The position numbers and the translations under genes were made by a program. Shown here piece after piece: positions 28,362 to 38,480 of a DNA stretch of 59,480 bases. Source of the stretch: Elusimicrobiota bacterium (GTDB lineage Bacteria; Elusimicrobiota; Endomicrobiia; Endomicrobiales; JBDRNC01); NCBI GenBank assembly GCA_043811535.1, contig JBDRNC010000011.1, positions 1 to 59,480 of the forward strand, given 5' to 3'. Within the stretch, counting starts at the first letter, position 1, and the number at the start of each line of letters is the position of its first letter. The notes beneath the pieces were generated by a model. It was given only the letters and a program-made list of their open reading frames with translations, did not search any database and was not told where the DNA came from.

Positions 28362-29115
28362 CGTGCTAACGATTTTTCCTGAAATGTTCAGCGGGCCTTT
28401 GACCGAAAGCCTCATAGGGAAAGCCCTAAAGAAAAAAATAGTAGAAATTAAAATAACCGATATCCGTTCTTTTACAAAAGACAAGCACCACATCGTTGAC
28501 GACAGGCCTTTCGGCGGCGGTCCCGGCATGGTCATGAAGCCAGAACCGGCTTTCGCTGCTTTCAGGCATCTGGGCATAAATCCTGGAAAGAAACAGACAG
28601 AATGGCCCGCGAAAAACAGGCCGCTTGTCGTGTATCTTTCACCGCAGGGAAAAAAGCTCAGCCATGAACGCGCGAAAAGGTTCGCGGGATACAAGAGGCT
28701 CGTCCTGCTTTGCGGCCATTACGAGGGCGTTGACGAAAGGATAATGAAGCTTGTTGATCAAGAGATCTCGATTGGAGATTACGTGCTTACCGGAGGGGAA
28801 CTGCCCGCGATGGTACTGATAGACGCAGTGCTGAGGTTCCTTCCGGGGGTAGTGAAAGAGATCAGTTCAGTCGAGCAGGATTCATTCTGCAACGGGCTAC
28901 TGGATTACCCGCATTACACGCGCCCTTCGGAATTCAACAAGATGAAGGTTCCGGGCGTCCTGCTTTCCGGAAACCATAAGGAAATTGACAAGTGGCGCGC
29001 GGAACAATCGCTAACGAACACTTTAAGGAAAAGGCCGGACCTGCTCAAAAATATTAAATTAAGCGAAGAACAAATTAAAATATTTAAAACCTTAAGAAAG
29101 CAAGTAAGAAAGTAA
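28351..29115 (+). CDS. trmD: tRNA (guanine37-N1)-methyltransferase
   Basis: DDRPFGGGPGMV, CGHYEGVDER and SIGDYVLTGGE motifs. Confidence 0.98.
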   Translation: MKIDVLTIFPEMFSGPLTESLIGKALKKKIVEIKITDIRSFTKDKHHIVDDRPFGGGPGMVMKPEPAFAAFRHLGINPGKKQTEWPAKNRPLVVYLSPQGKKLSHERAKRFAGYKRLVLLCGHYEGVDERIMKLVDQEISIGDYVLTGGELPAMVLIDAVLRFLPGVVKEISSVEQDSFCNGLLDYPHYTRPSEFNKMKVPGVLLSGNHKEIDKWRAEQSLTNTLRKRPDLLKNIKLSEEQIKIFKTLRKQVRK

Positions 29116-29164
29116 GTAAGCGAGTGAGCAAGTAGGTAAGGCTATTAACAAAAGGAGAAAGAAA

Positions 29165-29500
29165 ATGTCGCTGATAAAAGAGATTGAAGCAAAACAGAAA
29201 AGGACAACTACCGCGATCAGGCCGGGAGATCAGGTAAAGGTTTTTTTCAAGATCATCGAAGGCGCCAATGAACGCATTCAGCCCTTTGAAGGCACTGTCA
29301 TACGCATGCGCGGCACGGGTTCCGGCGAGTCTTTTACAGTGCGGAAAATGTCTTTCGGGGTAGGCATTGAAAGAGTGTTCCCAATAAATTCGCCGAGAAT
29401 CGAAAAGATTGAGGTGCTTCGCAGGGGACGCGTGCGCCGCGCGAAACTTTATTACCTGAGAAATCTGACCGGCAAGGCCGCCAGGATAGAAGAAGCATAA
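29165..29500 (+). CDS. rplS: 50S ribosomal protein L19
   Basis: RIQPFEG, FTVRK and [12 protein letters not shown] motifs. Confidence 0.98.
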   Translation: MSLIKEIEAKQKRTTTAIRPGDQVKVFFKIIEGANERIQPFEGTVIRMRGTGSGESFTVRKMSFGVGIERVFPINSPRIEKIEVLRRGRVRRAKLYYLRNLTGKAARIEEA

Positions 29501-29581
29501 TAATACAGTATTGAGTAATGAGTATTGGGTTACGAGTTCGTGCATATATTTTCTCACAACACATTACCCATAACTCATAAC
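29501..29581. repeat. Palindromic heptamer element (TGAGTA arm / ACTCATA arm)
   Basis: agtattg agtaatg agtattg ggttacg agt ... cattacc cataact cataac. Confidence 0.8.
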
Positions 29582-29604
29582 TGTTGTTTGAAAAGGCAGG
29601 GGGG

Positions 29605-30234
29605 ATGGACCTTATCTCATTTGACCGCGATTTCCGCATAAAGGGATACAGGGTGATCGCAGGCGTAGACGAAGCGGGCCGCGGTCCCTGGGCAGGTCCC
29701 GTGGTTGCCGCTGCGGTTGTTCTTCCTCAGGACCTGCGTATTGAAGGCATCAGGGATTCAAAAAAACTCACCCCCCGTAAACGCGAAAGACTTTTCGAGG
29801 AAATCAAAAAAAGCGCCGCTCATGTTGGTATAGGGATAATTGACCAGTATATTATTGATTCGGTTAATATCCTGCAGGCGACTTTCCTTGCCATGAAAGA
29901 GGCACTCGGCAAAATTCCCGTCGCGCCCGACCTGGTGCTTGTGGACGGGCATGAGATTCCCGGCTTGAAATGGGAACAGACGGCCGTGATAGGCGGCGAC
30001 GACAAAAGCGTTTCGATAGCCGCCGCGTCGATTGTGGCAAAAGTGACGCGCGACAGAATCATGGTGGAATGGTCCATAAAGTATCCGGAATATAACTTTC
30101 AAAAACATAAGGGATACGGAACGAAAGAACACAGGGACGCCCTGCTCAAATTCGGGCCATGTCCTCTGCACAGGAAGAGTTACGAACCTGTAAGGGAGCG
30201 TTTGGGGGATGCAGGACACAAGGATGCCGGATAA
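29605..30234 (+). CDS. rnhB: Ribonuclease HII
   Basis: GVDEAGRGP, DSKKL, IAAASIVAKVTRD and HKGYGT motifs. Confidence 0.97.
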   Translation: MDLISFDRDFRIKGYRVIAGVDEAGRGPWAGPVVAAAVVLPQDLRIEGIRDSKKLTPRKRERLFEEIKKSAAHVGIGIIDQYIIDSVNILQATFLAMKEALGKIPVAPDLVLVDGHEIPGLKWEQTAVIGGDDKSVSIAAASIVAKVTRDRIMVEWSIKYPEYNFQKHKGYGTKEHRDALLKFGPCPLHRKSYEPVRERLGDAGHKDAG

Positions 30235-30589
30235 AACTCAGATTGGTTCGGGCGCGGAAGGGCTGGCCGCGGAATTCCTGCGAGAGAACGGATATAAGAT
30301 ACTCGAGAGAAATTACCGTTCACATTACGGAGAAATTGATATAATAGCGGTAGACGGGGACTGCACGGTCTTTGTTGAAGTAAAATTCAGAAGCAGCCGC
30401 GGTTTCGGCTGGCCTCAGGACTCGGTAGTAAAGAGAAAGCAGGAACGCATAATCAGGACCGCGCTGCAATACATGAAGATAAAATCCCTTTTCGGCTCCA
30501 AAGTGCGGTTCGACGTGGTTGCCGTAGGGCCGGGCGCGATAGAAATATTTAAAGATGCATTCAATTCAGGTTTGAGAAAAGCGTACTAA
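30224..30589 (+). CDS. yraN: YraN family nuclease
   Basis: G...E..A..FL, GEIDII, VFVEVK and RFDVV motifs. Confidence 0.93.
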   Translation: MPDKTQIGSGAEGLAAEFLRENGYKILERNYRSHYGEIDIIAVDGDCTVFVEVKFRSSRGFGWPQDSVVKRKQERIIRTALQYMKIKSLFGSKVRFDVVAVGPGAIEIFKDAFNSGLRKAY

Positions 30590-30591
30590 TT

Positions 30592-31986
30592 ATGATAAAA
30601 GAACTGTTTTCACCGCTTCGCAAGGGCATTAAACTAATGATGCAGCAGAAGTATGATGATGCTGCGCTGTATTTTATTGAGATCATAAAGAAGAAACCAA
30701 ATTTTTCCGAAGCGTACTTTGAGCTTGGGAGGTGCTGCTATAAGAAGGGCGACTACGAAGCTGCAAAATCGAATTTCCACAGGTTGATTGACCTGAAATG
30801 CACCGATTCAATCATTGAGGGAATACTCGAGATGACGAATTGGAGAATGATTTCGTCCACACAGTATTTCAACAACTGGCCTTCATTTTCTTCCGACGGG
30901 AAATGGCTGGCCTATGTTTCCGTGCGCAGGGACACGAACGGCGACGGAAAAATGAACGCGTCAGATTGCGGCGGGATATACATGTTCAATACGGAGACAG
31001 GACAGGAACAATACCTGGTCTCTGACGAATATTTCAATTCACAACCGGTATTTTCGCCGGACGGAACAAAGATTCTGTATCTTTCCGCGCGGAAGCCCAT
31101 GCAGGGCGAAAGAGCTATATCGCAAAACAGCTCCCACGGACTTTACCTGCTGGACCTTAACACTTCGGAAGAGACGGAACTCCTGGAGCCGGGTTTCAGG
31201 AGCAAACACGCAAAATTTTCCGCTGACGGAAAACATGTGATATTTTCCGGATGGCGCCCCACGGAACAGAACAGCGGTATTTACTCGCTGGATATAAAAA
31301 CAAAAAAGCTGGACGTGCTGGTCACGGGATTTTATGAAAACACGTCGCCTTTCATGACGCGCGGCGCCGATAAGATTGTATACTCGTCATGGCGCAGCGA
31401 CACGAACGGCGACGGGGTCATCGACCTGCGCGACAATTCGGGAATATTCATTAAAGATTTGCTGGATAAAACTGAGATGCTTGTTTCCAGCGACGAATAT
31501 AACAACAGTTTTCCGAGTTTTTCTCCCGACGGGAAGAAGATACTCTATCTTTCGGTCAGAAGGGACACTAACCGCGACGGGATAATAGATTCAACGGACA
31601 ACGCGGGTATTTATGTTTTCGATCTGGCGAACAACAAGGAATACTGTGTCATGGATGACAGCTCCTTCAACAAGTTCCCGAGTTTCACTCCCGACGGACA
31701 GAGTATTGTTTTTATCAGTAACTGGAGACGCTCGCTCTTGAAGCGCGAAATAAGGGATTTTTACGAGAATAAGGGCGTTTATGTGATTGATATGTATATA
31801 AAAAGGACCCGCAGGATAGTTTCTGAAAAATATTACGGGAACAGATCGCCTGTCGTCTCTCCCGCGGGAGGCACCGTCGCGTATATCTCGTGGCGCAAAG
31901 ACACCAACAGGGGCCTGTTCCTGGCTAATATGAACCGCTTACCCACCAAAAAAGAGATGCACAACCTGATCGACTGGAACCTTTAA
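30592..31986 (+). CDS. TPR plus PD40 (TolB-like) beta-propeller protein with DxNxDG loops
   Basis: N-terminal TPR, repeated P.FSPDG motifs, three DTNxDG motifs. Confidence 0.8.
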   Translation: MIKELFSPLRKGIKLMMQQKYDDAALYFIEIIKKKPNFSEAYFELGRCCYKKGDYEAAKSNFHRLIDLKCTDSIIEGILEMTNWRMISSTQYFNNWPSFSSDGKWLAYVSVRRDTNGDGKMNASDCGGIYMFNTETGQEQYLVSDEYFNSQPVFSPDGTKILYLSARKPMQGERAISQNSSHGLYLLDLNTSEETELLEPGFRSKHAKFSADGKHVIFSGWRPTEQNSGIYSLDIKTKKLDVLVTGFYENTSPFMTRGADKIVYSSWRSDTNGDGVIDLRDNSGIFIKDLLDKTEMLVSSDEYNNSFPSFSPDGKKILYLSVRRDTNRDGIIDSTDNAGIYVFDLANNKEYCVMDDSSFNKFPSFTPDGQSIVFISNWRRSLLKREIRDFYENKGVYVIDMYIKRTRRIVSEKYYGNRSPVVSPAGGTVAYISWRKDTNRGLFLANMNRLPTKKEMHNLIDWNL

Positions 31987-32059
31987 CGGGCCGGGTCGCT
32001 TGCACGGGTAAATGGGGGCTCAAAAACATCTAAATAGATTTTACATGGGGGGATTTTTT

Positions 32060-32911
32060 ATGTTTGCCAAAATTGTTTCAGCGGCGGTAAACGGTATTGA
32101 CGCCTATGTAGTAAACGTTGAAGTGGATATTTCGGGGGGGTTGCCAATGTATTCCACTGTCGGGCTTCCTGATACGGCAGTCAGGGAATCGAAGGACAGG
32201 GTGATAGCGGCGCTGAGGAATTCCGGGTTCGACCCGCCTTCAAGAAAGATAATTGTGAACCTTGCGCCGGCCGACGTGAAGAAAGAAGGCGCGGCTTTCG
32301 ACCTGCCGATAGCCGTAGGAATCCTTGCCGCCAAAGAGATTCTCAAGCACGGAGCCGCGGGGAACTGCTGTTTCGTGGGTGAACTGGCTCTTAACGGCGC
32401 GTTAAGGCCCGTTAAGGGCGCGCTTTCCATCGCGCTGAGCCTGAGGAAATCAAGGATACGTAAGCTCATACTTCCTTCGATTAATGCGAAGGAAGCCGCG
32501 GTTGTCAAAGATATAGAGATATATCCCGCGGAGAACCTTGCGCAGGTGGCAGGATTCCTTAACGGCGAACGTTTTATTAAAAGACACGAAGCGTTTGGAG
32601 AGGATATACCCCCGGTTCAGGCGCACGATACTCTTGATTTTTCTGAAGTAAAAGGGCAGGCTTATGCCAAGCGCGCGCTGGAAGTAGCCGCCGCAGGCGG
32701 CCATAACGTAGTCATGATAGGCGCGCCCGGTTCGGGCAAAACGATGCTTGCGAAACGGCTTCCCTCGATACTTCCGCTTATGAGTTTCGAGGAATCCATC
32801 GAGACAACAAAGATTCATTCCGTGGCAGGGATTGTGCCTCCCGGTACGGGACTACTCGCGAACAAACCATTCCGCTCGCCGCACCATACGATCTCGGATA
32901 CGGCGTTGTAG
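32060..32911 (+). pseudogene. comM: 5' fragment of ComM/YifB Mg-chelatase-like ATPase, truncated by island insertion
   Basis: VGLPD.AVRES, NLAPAD..KEG..FDLPIA, GAPGSGKTMLA and PFRSPHHTIS, then TAG where the conserved GGG segment should follow; 283 aa versus roughly 500 aa typical. Confidence 0.93.
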
Positions 32912-33103
32912 CAATGGGCGGGTCAGGGAAGGTTTTGATAAAGTATGTTTTAAATGGAATTTTATAACAATTTGACAAATGCGGGATAATAATATAAAAG
33001 ATGGTATAATCATTACAATATTAATAAATATAGTTTAACGGCATTCACAAAATAATACTAATAATAGGGCGCTCACATTCATGTTATAGTTGGAGGTTTT
33101 AGC

Positions 33104-33892
33104 ATGGTTAAGAATTATATTTCGTTACTATTGTGTTTTACTACGCTATTAATTTCCTCAGCCTTAACGCTTCAAGTCAATGCTAAGGTATATGAAAAAA
33201 AAGAAGACAAGCAATTAAGATACGCACAGAGTTTAGTAGATAGAGGGAAAAAGGCCGAGGCAAGTGCAATAATAGATAATATTATAGAAAACAGCAAAGA
33301 TAATAATGCTGTAGCAAAGGCACTATATTACAAAGTAATATGGAAGTTTGCATCAGACGAGATAGATACTTTCGAGAAATTAAAGGCATTTTATCCTGAT
33401 TCAAAGTATATAATTCTTCTTGAAAAATATTTTAAGAAAAAAGAGCAGTATAAAATAGGGCAGGAAGTCAAAGTTCTTTGTTTAGAAATCAACGATGGTG
33501 AAACAATTTCAAAACAGATATCTGTAGAATATCCTGATCATATACTATCAATTATTGTTAAGCTTTCTCTTGATAAAGGAATCAGGCTGTTTGAAAATAA
33601 CAAGGGTGTTGAATTGAGTATTGGGTGTCTAAGAATGAGAATTGATGTTGATGGGGAAAACGTGGTTAATCAGGAATTTGAAGGTACAGATATTGCATCG
33701 TTAATATACTGGAAAGAAGACACCAATTATCGGCTCGACTTGTCAGGGAAATATCAAAAGTACAGAATTCAATATATGGTTGGTGGCAGTGGTCCTTATA
33801 AAGAATCAAGCTCAGGGGTTGTTTGGACTCCTGCTGAAGGTTGGATTAAGAAAGCCCATATCAAGATAGTGTGCATTAGAGAAGAACTATAG
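33104..33892 (+). CDS. Secreted hypothetical protein with TPR-like N-terminal region
   Basis: Signal peptide; A.ALYY...YPDS helical motif; GGAGG SD. Confidence 0.7.
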   Translation: MVKNYISLLLCFTTLLISSALTLQVNAKVYEKKEDKQLRYAQSLVDRGKKAEASAIIDNIIENSKDNNAVAKALYYKVIWKFASDEIDTFEKLKAFYPDSKYIILLEKYFKKKEQYKIGQEVKVLCLEINDGETISKQISVEYPDHILSIIVKLSLDKGIRLFENNKGVELSIGCLRMRIDVDGENVVNQEFEGTDIASLIYWKEDTNYRLDLSGKYQKYRIQYMVGGSGPYKESSSGVVWTPAEGWIKKAHIKIVCIREEL

Positions 33893-34002
33893 CAAAATGT
33901 TATGGCCTGCTTAGAAGGTGTATTAGTAAAGAGGTGTAAAAAATCAATGGATTAGAAATAAGGTATAATATAGGCGGTTCCTTATGATTACATAGTCTTT
34001 CC

Positions 34003-34040
34003 GGGGTCAGGTTCTTCCCCCAGACCTGGCCTCTTTTCTT
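34003..34040 (+). terminator. Terminator-like hairpin, copy 1 of a 24-bp direct repeat
   Basis: ggggtcaggt-tcttcccccag-acctggcctc followed by a T tract. Confidence 0.65.
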
Positions 34041-34109
34041 TTACGCAGAAAAGAGGTAAAATCGGCATAAGATACAATACTTCCAATTCATATCAAGGAG
34101 TTAGTTTAA

Positions 34110-35954
34110 ATGTATCTAAAATATTTGCAAATTAAAAATTACAGATGTGTCGAAAACGTGAAAATTGAATTTAAAAAAGGAGTAAATGTTCTTATCGGCG
34201 AAAACAATACAGGAAAAACATCTATCATTGATGCCCTTAGACTATCATTTAGTCTTGGTACACAAAGGAAAGACATATTTTTCTCTTTAGATGACTTTTA
34301 TATAGATAAATATGGTAAAAGGGCTGATATAGCAGAATTCAATTTAACGTTTTCAGATATTTCAGAAGATGAAAGAGGAATATTTATTGATTTATTGGCT
34401 CTGGAAAATGGAGAATATGTACTCAAATTGCATCTAAGCTATCAACTAAAAATCAGACGCGGATCAGAATTTATAACATACAAATTTTGGGGTGGTGAAC
34501 ACGAGGGTCAAAATATATCATATGAGATGATGGATGCAATATATTATGTTTATTTAGAAGCATTAAGAGATGCTGAGCGATATTTAAGGCCAACAAGAGA
34601 AAACAGACTTAGTTTATTGTTGAGAAGATTAAAGAGTGATTCGAAAGAACAAAACGACTTAGCGAATATTATTAATAACAAAATACAAACGACAACCGAA
34701 TGGATAGATTTAATAAGAGAAGCAAAAAGTAGGATTAATAAGCATCTCAAGAGTACTTCCTTAAATCAACAGCTCGTCGATATTGATTTTCTGCCACTAG
34801 AATATAGAAGAATTACTGAAAGTCTAAAAATGTATTTACCAAACACTTGGCTTATCGATAAAAGGGAGATAACTGAAGTCTTTAGAGATGATTCATGGAA
34901 AAAGCACTTTAAAAATCCAGAAGAAAATGAATTAATCTTTAAAGAAGATGCAATGTCAACTATTGATTCAGATCAATCATTAGGTGATAAAAAAGAAGTA
35001 TTGAAAAATATTTATCAAAGAATTCAAGATAGATTTGATTTGTCAATGAATGGTCTAGGCTATAACAATCTTATATATATTTCAACTGTGATCGGAGATT
35101 TATTTGAAAGAGCGTCTTCAGACACAGAACGCTATGTGTCTTTTTTGATAGAAGAGCCTGAAGCTCATCTTCACCCTCAATTGCAGAACTTGTTGTTTGA
35201 TTATTTAGGAACCATGGAAGACAAAAATATTCAGGTATTCATTTCTTCACATTCGCCTACTATAACCGCAAAAACAAATGTTGATTCAATTACTGTGCTG
35301 CAAAGTGCAAATAATTCAATTAACATAACCCCTATCAGAAAAATCCCACTAGATGCCGATGAAAAGAATTATCTTCGTAGATTCCTTGATGTTACAAAAT
35401 CACAATTGTTTTTTTCGAAGGGAGTCATTCTTGTTGAAGGAATATCAGAAGCTTTATTATTACCCATCTTTGCAGATATTATGGGAAGCGGCTATAATAT
35501 AAATCAACTGGGTATTGAAGTTGTTAATATAGGTGGTGTTGCTTTCTCATCTTTTGCAAAATTATTTAATTCAACAGATGTAAATGAACGACTAAATGTT
35601 AATTGTTCTATTATAACGGACGGCGATTCAAATTCGCCAAGAGCCCAAAATGCTAGAAGTTTTGCAAGTGGTAAATTGAAAGTGTATTTGAGTAATATCA
35701 CCTTTGAATATGAGTTATACTTACAGAATGAAAATGTTATTACAGAAGTATATAGAAATATACATCCTCGTTTTAATCTCAACTCGGGCAACATTTCGGA
35801 AAAGGCAATTCAATTTACTCAAAAAATCAAGGATAATAAGGATAAAGCAGTTTTTGCTCAAATACTTGCGGAGAAGTTGAAGAATGAAAATATTGCTTTC
35901 AATGTTCCAGCGTATATTCAAGATGCAATAAAATGGGCTGAAAACAAGGTATGA
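34110..35954 (+). CDS. gajA: OLD-family ATP-dependent endonuclease, Gabija GajA
   Basis: GENNTGKT, IEEPEAHLHP, SSHS, TOPRIM LVEGISE and DGD motifs; overlaps the UvrD gene. Confidence 0.88.
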   Translation: MYLKYLQIKNYRCVENVKIEFKKGVNVLIGENNTGKTSIIDALRLSFSLGTQRKDIFFSLDDFYIDKYGKRADIAEFNLTFSDISEDERGIFIDLLALENGEYVLKLHLSYQLKIRRGSEFITYKFWGGEHEGQNISYEMMDAIYYVYLEALRDAERYLRPTRENRLSLLLRRLKSDSKEQNDLANIINNKIQTTTEWIDLIREAKSRINKHLKSTSLNQQLVDIDFLPLEYRRITESLKMYLPNTWLIDKREITEVFRDDSWKKHFKNPEENELIFKEDAMSTIDSDQSLGDKKEVLKNIYQRIQDRFDLSMNGLGYNNLIYISTVIGDLFERASSDTERYVSFLIEEPEAHLHPQLQNLLFDYLGTMEDKNIQVFISSHSPTITAKTNVDSITVLQSANNSINITPIRKIPLDADEKNYLRRFLDVTKSQLFFSKGVILVEGISEALLLPIFADIMGSGYNINQLGIEVVNIGGVAFSSFAKLFNSTDVNERLNVNCSIITDGDSNSPRAQNARSFASGKLKVYLSNITFEYELYLQNENVITEVYRNIHPRFNLNSGNISEKAIQFTQKIKDNKDKAVFAQILAEKLKNENIAFNVPAYIQDAIKWAENKV

Positions 35955-37708
35955 GCGATTCAAATATTACATTGACAGACAAACAAAATATTATAGTTAA
36001 TAAAACTGGAAAATATGTAGTGAAAGCGTGTCCAGGAAGTGGAAAAACTCTTACCGTTGCATTAAAATTAGAAAAATTAATCACAAATTGGAATTTACCA
36101 TATAGGGGTATCGCTGCAATATCTTTTACAAATGTTGCATGGCAAGAAATTGCGAAACTCGTCGAAGTAAGATCGACAATATCATATCCACATTTCATCG
36201 GAACAATAGACAGCTTTATTAATCATTACATTTTTTTGCCTTTTGGCCATCTTGCAATGAATTGTGGGAAAAGGCCTGAGCTGATTGGGCACCCTTATAA
36301 TGATTGGGAGCCAATTGGGAATGGTCTATATTGGGGCCAATCCGAATGTAATGTTAAGGGATGTGAGTTAAACGAGTTCACATACGATATTGATGGGAAT
36401 ATAATAAGTTTTAAACCGAGAAGTCATTTTAATAAATGTTCTTTGAGTCATAGAATATGTCAAAATCAAAAAAGTATACTTATTAAATCCGGCTATGCTA
36501 CTCAATCGGATGCAAATTACTTTGCCATGAAAATATTAGAAACATTTCCTGATATCACAAAAGCACTCGCGCATAGATTCCCAATATTATTACTTGATGA
36601 AGCTCAAGATACTTCAAAAATACAGATGAAAATATTAGAGCTTTTAATAGATAATGGGTTAAATGAGGTTATGCTTGTTGGTGATCCTGACCAAGCAATT
36701 TATGAATGGAGAACAGCAGAACCGGGTTTATTCAACGAAAAATATATTAAATGGCAAACAAATTCAGAAATCCTCAATGAAAATTGGAGAAGCTCTCAAG
36801 TGATATGTAATTATTTTCATAAGATATCTACATTGCAAAATGCGCCACAATCTTTAAACAGTTATTGTAAAGATTATTCCTTTATTCCTGATATTTGGGA
36901 ATATGATGACGATAATCATGGTAAGATAGTTGACGAATTTCTTAATATATGTAGAAAGCATTCAATTATGTTATCTCAGGATAATATTGCAATTATTAGT
37001 CGTAGCAGGGAATTCCTTTCGAAATTAACAAAAGAAGATATTAGCTATCAAAACCCACCTTGGCATGATAGTTGTAAAATAGCTAAAGGATTTGCTGAGT
37101 CGAAATATTGGTTTGATAATAACGAATTTAAAAAAGCGTTTAATATCATTGAAAGAACAATCTGCAAGTTAATAAAGAAGAAAGATTATGTTAAGACGAA
37201 CGAAATATTAGAAATAATATCTGGGTACGGACTTGCGAAATGGAGGAAAAATATTATTGATATTCTCTCGAAATTACCAAAGACAGATTGCGCTTTAGGG
37301 AATTGGATAACCGAAACTAATAATTGCTTTAATAATACACCAAATATAGTGCATGACATATCGCCAACTTTTATATTAGTCATTAAAAAAGATAAGAAAC
37401 CTTATTTTCATTCGAAACTTATGTTCAAACAATTATTTAATAGACAAGAAAAATCGAAAATGATTACTGAAAATTATACTATTGGAACGGTTCATTCAAT
37501 AAAAGGGGAGACGTATGAAGCAGTATTACTATTCGTCAAGCAAAGAGGTGCTGATAATAGGGGCTATGATAAAATACTTCAATCCAAAATAGAAAACGAT
37601 GAAGAATTAAGAATTATTTATGTAGCAATTACACGACCTCGAAAAATATTAGTAATAGCAGTTCCTAAAGGGAAAACATCAATTTGGAAAAGTAAATTCA
37701 AAAATTAA
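35951..37708 (+). CDS. gajB: UvrD-like helicase, Gabija GajB
   Basis: ACPGSGKT, SFTN, DEAQD, VGDPDQAIY, TVHSIKGET and YVAITR motifs. Confidence 0.88.
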   Translation: MSDSNITLTDKQNIIVNKTGKYVVKACPGSGKTLTVALKLEKLITNWNLPYRGIAAISFTNVAWQEIAKLVEVRSTISYPHFIGTIDSFINHYIFLPFGHLAMNCGKRPELIGHPYNDWEPIGNGLYWGQSECNVKGCELNEFTYDIDGNIISFKPRSHFNKCSLSHRICQNQKSILIKSGYATQSDANYFAMKILETFPDITKALAHRFPILLLDEAQDTSKIQMKILELLIDNGLNEVMLVGDPDQAIYEWRTAEPGLFNEKYIKWQTNSEILNENWRSSQVICNYFHKISTLQNAPQSLNSYCKDYSFIPDIWEYDDDNHGKIVDEFLNICRKHSIMLSQDNIAIISRSREFLSKLTKEDISYQNPPWHDSCKIAKGFAESKYWFDNNEFKKAFNIIERTICKLIKKKDYVKTNEILEIISGYGLAKWRKNIIDILSKLPKTDCALGNWITETNNCFNNTPNIVHDISPTFILVIKKDKKPYFHSKLMFKQLFNRQEKSKMITENYTIGTVHSIKGETYEAVLLFVKQRGADNRGYDKILQSKIENDEELRIIYVAITRPRKILVIAVPKGKTSIWKSKFKN

Positions 37709-37720
37709 GCTCATTGTATA

Positions 37721-37930
37721 ATGGAAAAACGTCTCCTTAATATTACCGAAGCATCAGAATACCTGGGCATTAAGAAAAATACGCTTTATGGGTGGGTGTG
37801 TTACAGGAAGATTCCATATGTCAAGATCGGAAGGCTACTCAAATTCGACAAGCACGACATCGATAAATGGATTGACAAGAAGAAGGTGAAGGCGGGTTCT
37901 TTTGATATAAGCAGTATTAAGGGACTTTAA
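37721..37930 (+). CDS. Excisionase-like HTH protein
   Basis: LL...EA.EYLGI...TLY.WV...IPYVKIGR...F motif. Confidence 0.85.
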   Translation: MEKRLLNITEASEYLGIKKNTLYGWVCYRKIPYVKIGRLLKFDKHDIDKWIDKKKVKAGSFDISSIKGL

Positions 37931-37944
37931 GGCGGAAATTAATA

Positions 37945-38226
37945 ATGCGTAAACGAAATTTGGGATTGAGGATTAAGTTAATTAGAATGCAATTGGACCT
38001 CACGCAAGAGGGATTTGCCAATAAGCTTGGAGTCAGCCGGGTAACAGTAAGCAATTGGGAGTCGAACAAGTCCAATCCGAATCTGCATTTCCTTCATCAA
38101 TTAGCTAAGGTTACGCATAAACCATTTTCCTATTTTGCGCCAGTTATTGCTACAAAAGATGTGTACGTCTTGATTAAAAACTTGCAAATGCAGATTGATG
38201 AGATAAAACGCAAGATAAAGGAATAA
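37945..38226 (+). CDS. XRE-family HTH regulator
   Basis: LTQ..FA..LGVSR.TVSNWE....P motif. Confidence 0.88.
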   Translation: MRKRNLGLRIKLIRMQLDLTQEGFANKLGVSRVTVSNWESNKSNPNLHFLHQLAKVTHKPFSYFAPVIATKDVYVLIKNLQMQIDEIKRKIKE

Positions 38227-38286
38227 GGCATAAGGATAGTAAATGGTCCAAAAAATGCAAAATCTGTGCGTCTAACGATGATTTAA

Positions 38287-38321
38287 GGGCCAGGTTCTTC
38301 CCCCAGACCTGGCCCCTCTTT
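38287..38321 (+). terminator. Terminator-like hairpin, copy 2 of the 24-bp direct repeat
   Basis: gggccaggt-tcttcccccag-acctggccc. Confidence 0.65.
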
Positions 38322-38480
38322 AATTTACATTTAGAATATGATATAAGATGTATAGACGAGCTGGTAAGTAGAGGTGTTGTTTTATGGGGATGTTGTTCTT
38401 GATCAATATTATTATTAATAAACAGAAAACCACGCTGAAAATGGGTAGCGTGGTTTTTGCATTTTAAGGAGGTGAGTATA

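Noticed and set aside
32909..32935. comM stop as a simple frameshift or readthrough
   Set aside because: No downstream frame continues with ComM motifs, and base composition changes abruptly
176..32978. Many antisense or overlapping ORFs in the track (e.g. 2347-3042, 11776-12426, 26095-26835)
   Set aside because: They are shadows of well-supported genes and have no recognisable motifs
33083..33893. Integron cassette (gttatagtt ... aactatagc flanking the 262-aa ORF)
   Set aside because: Only an 8/9 match with the AAC broken, no attC hairpin follows, and no IntI-type integrase is seen; at most a remnant
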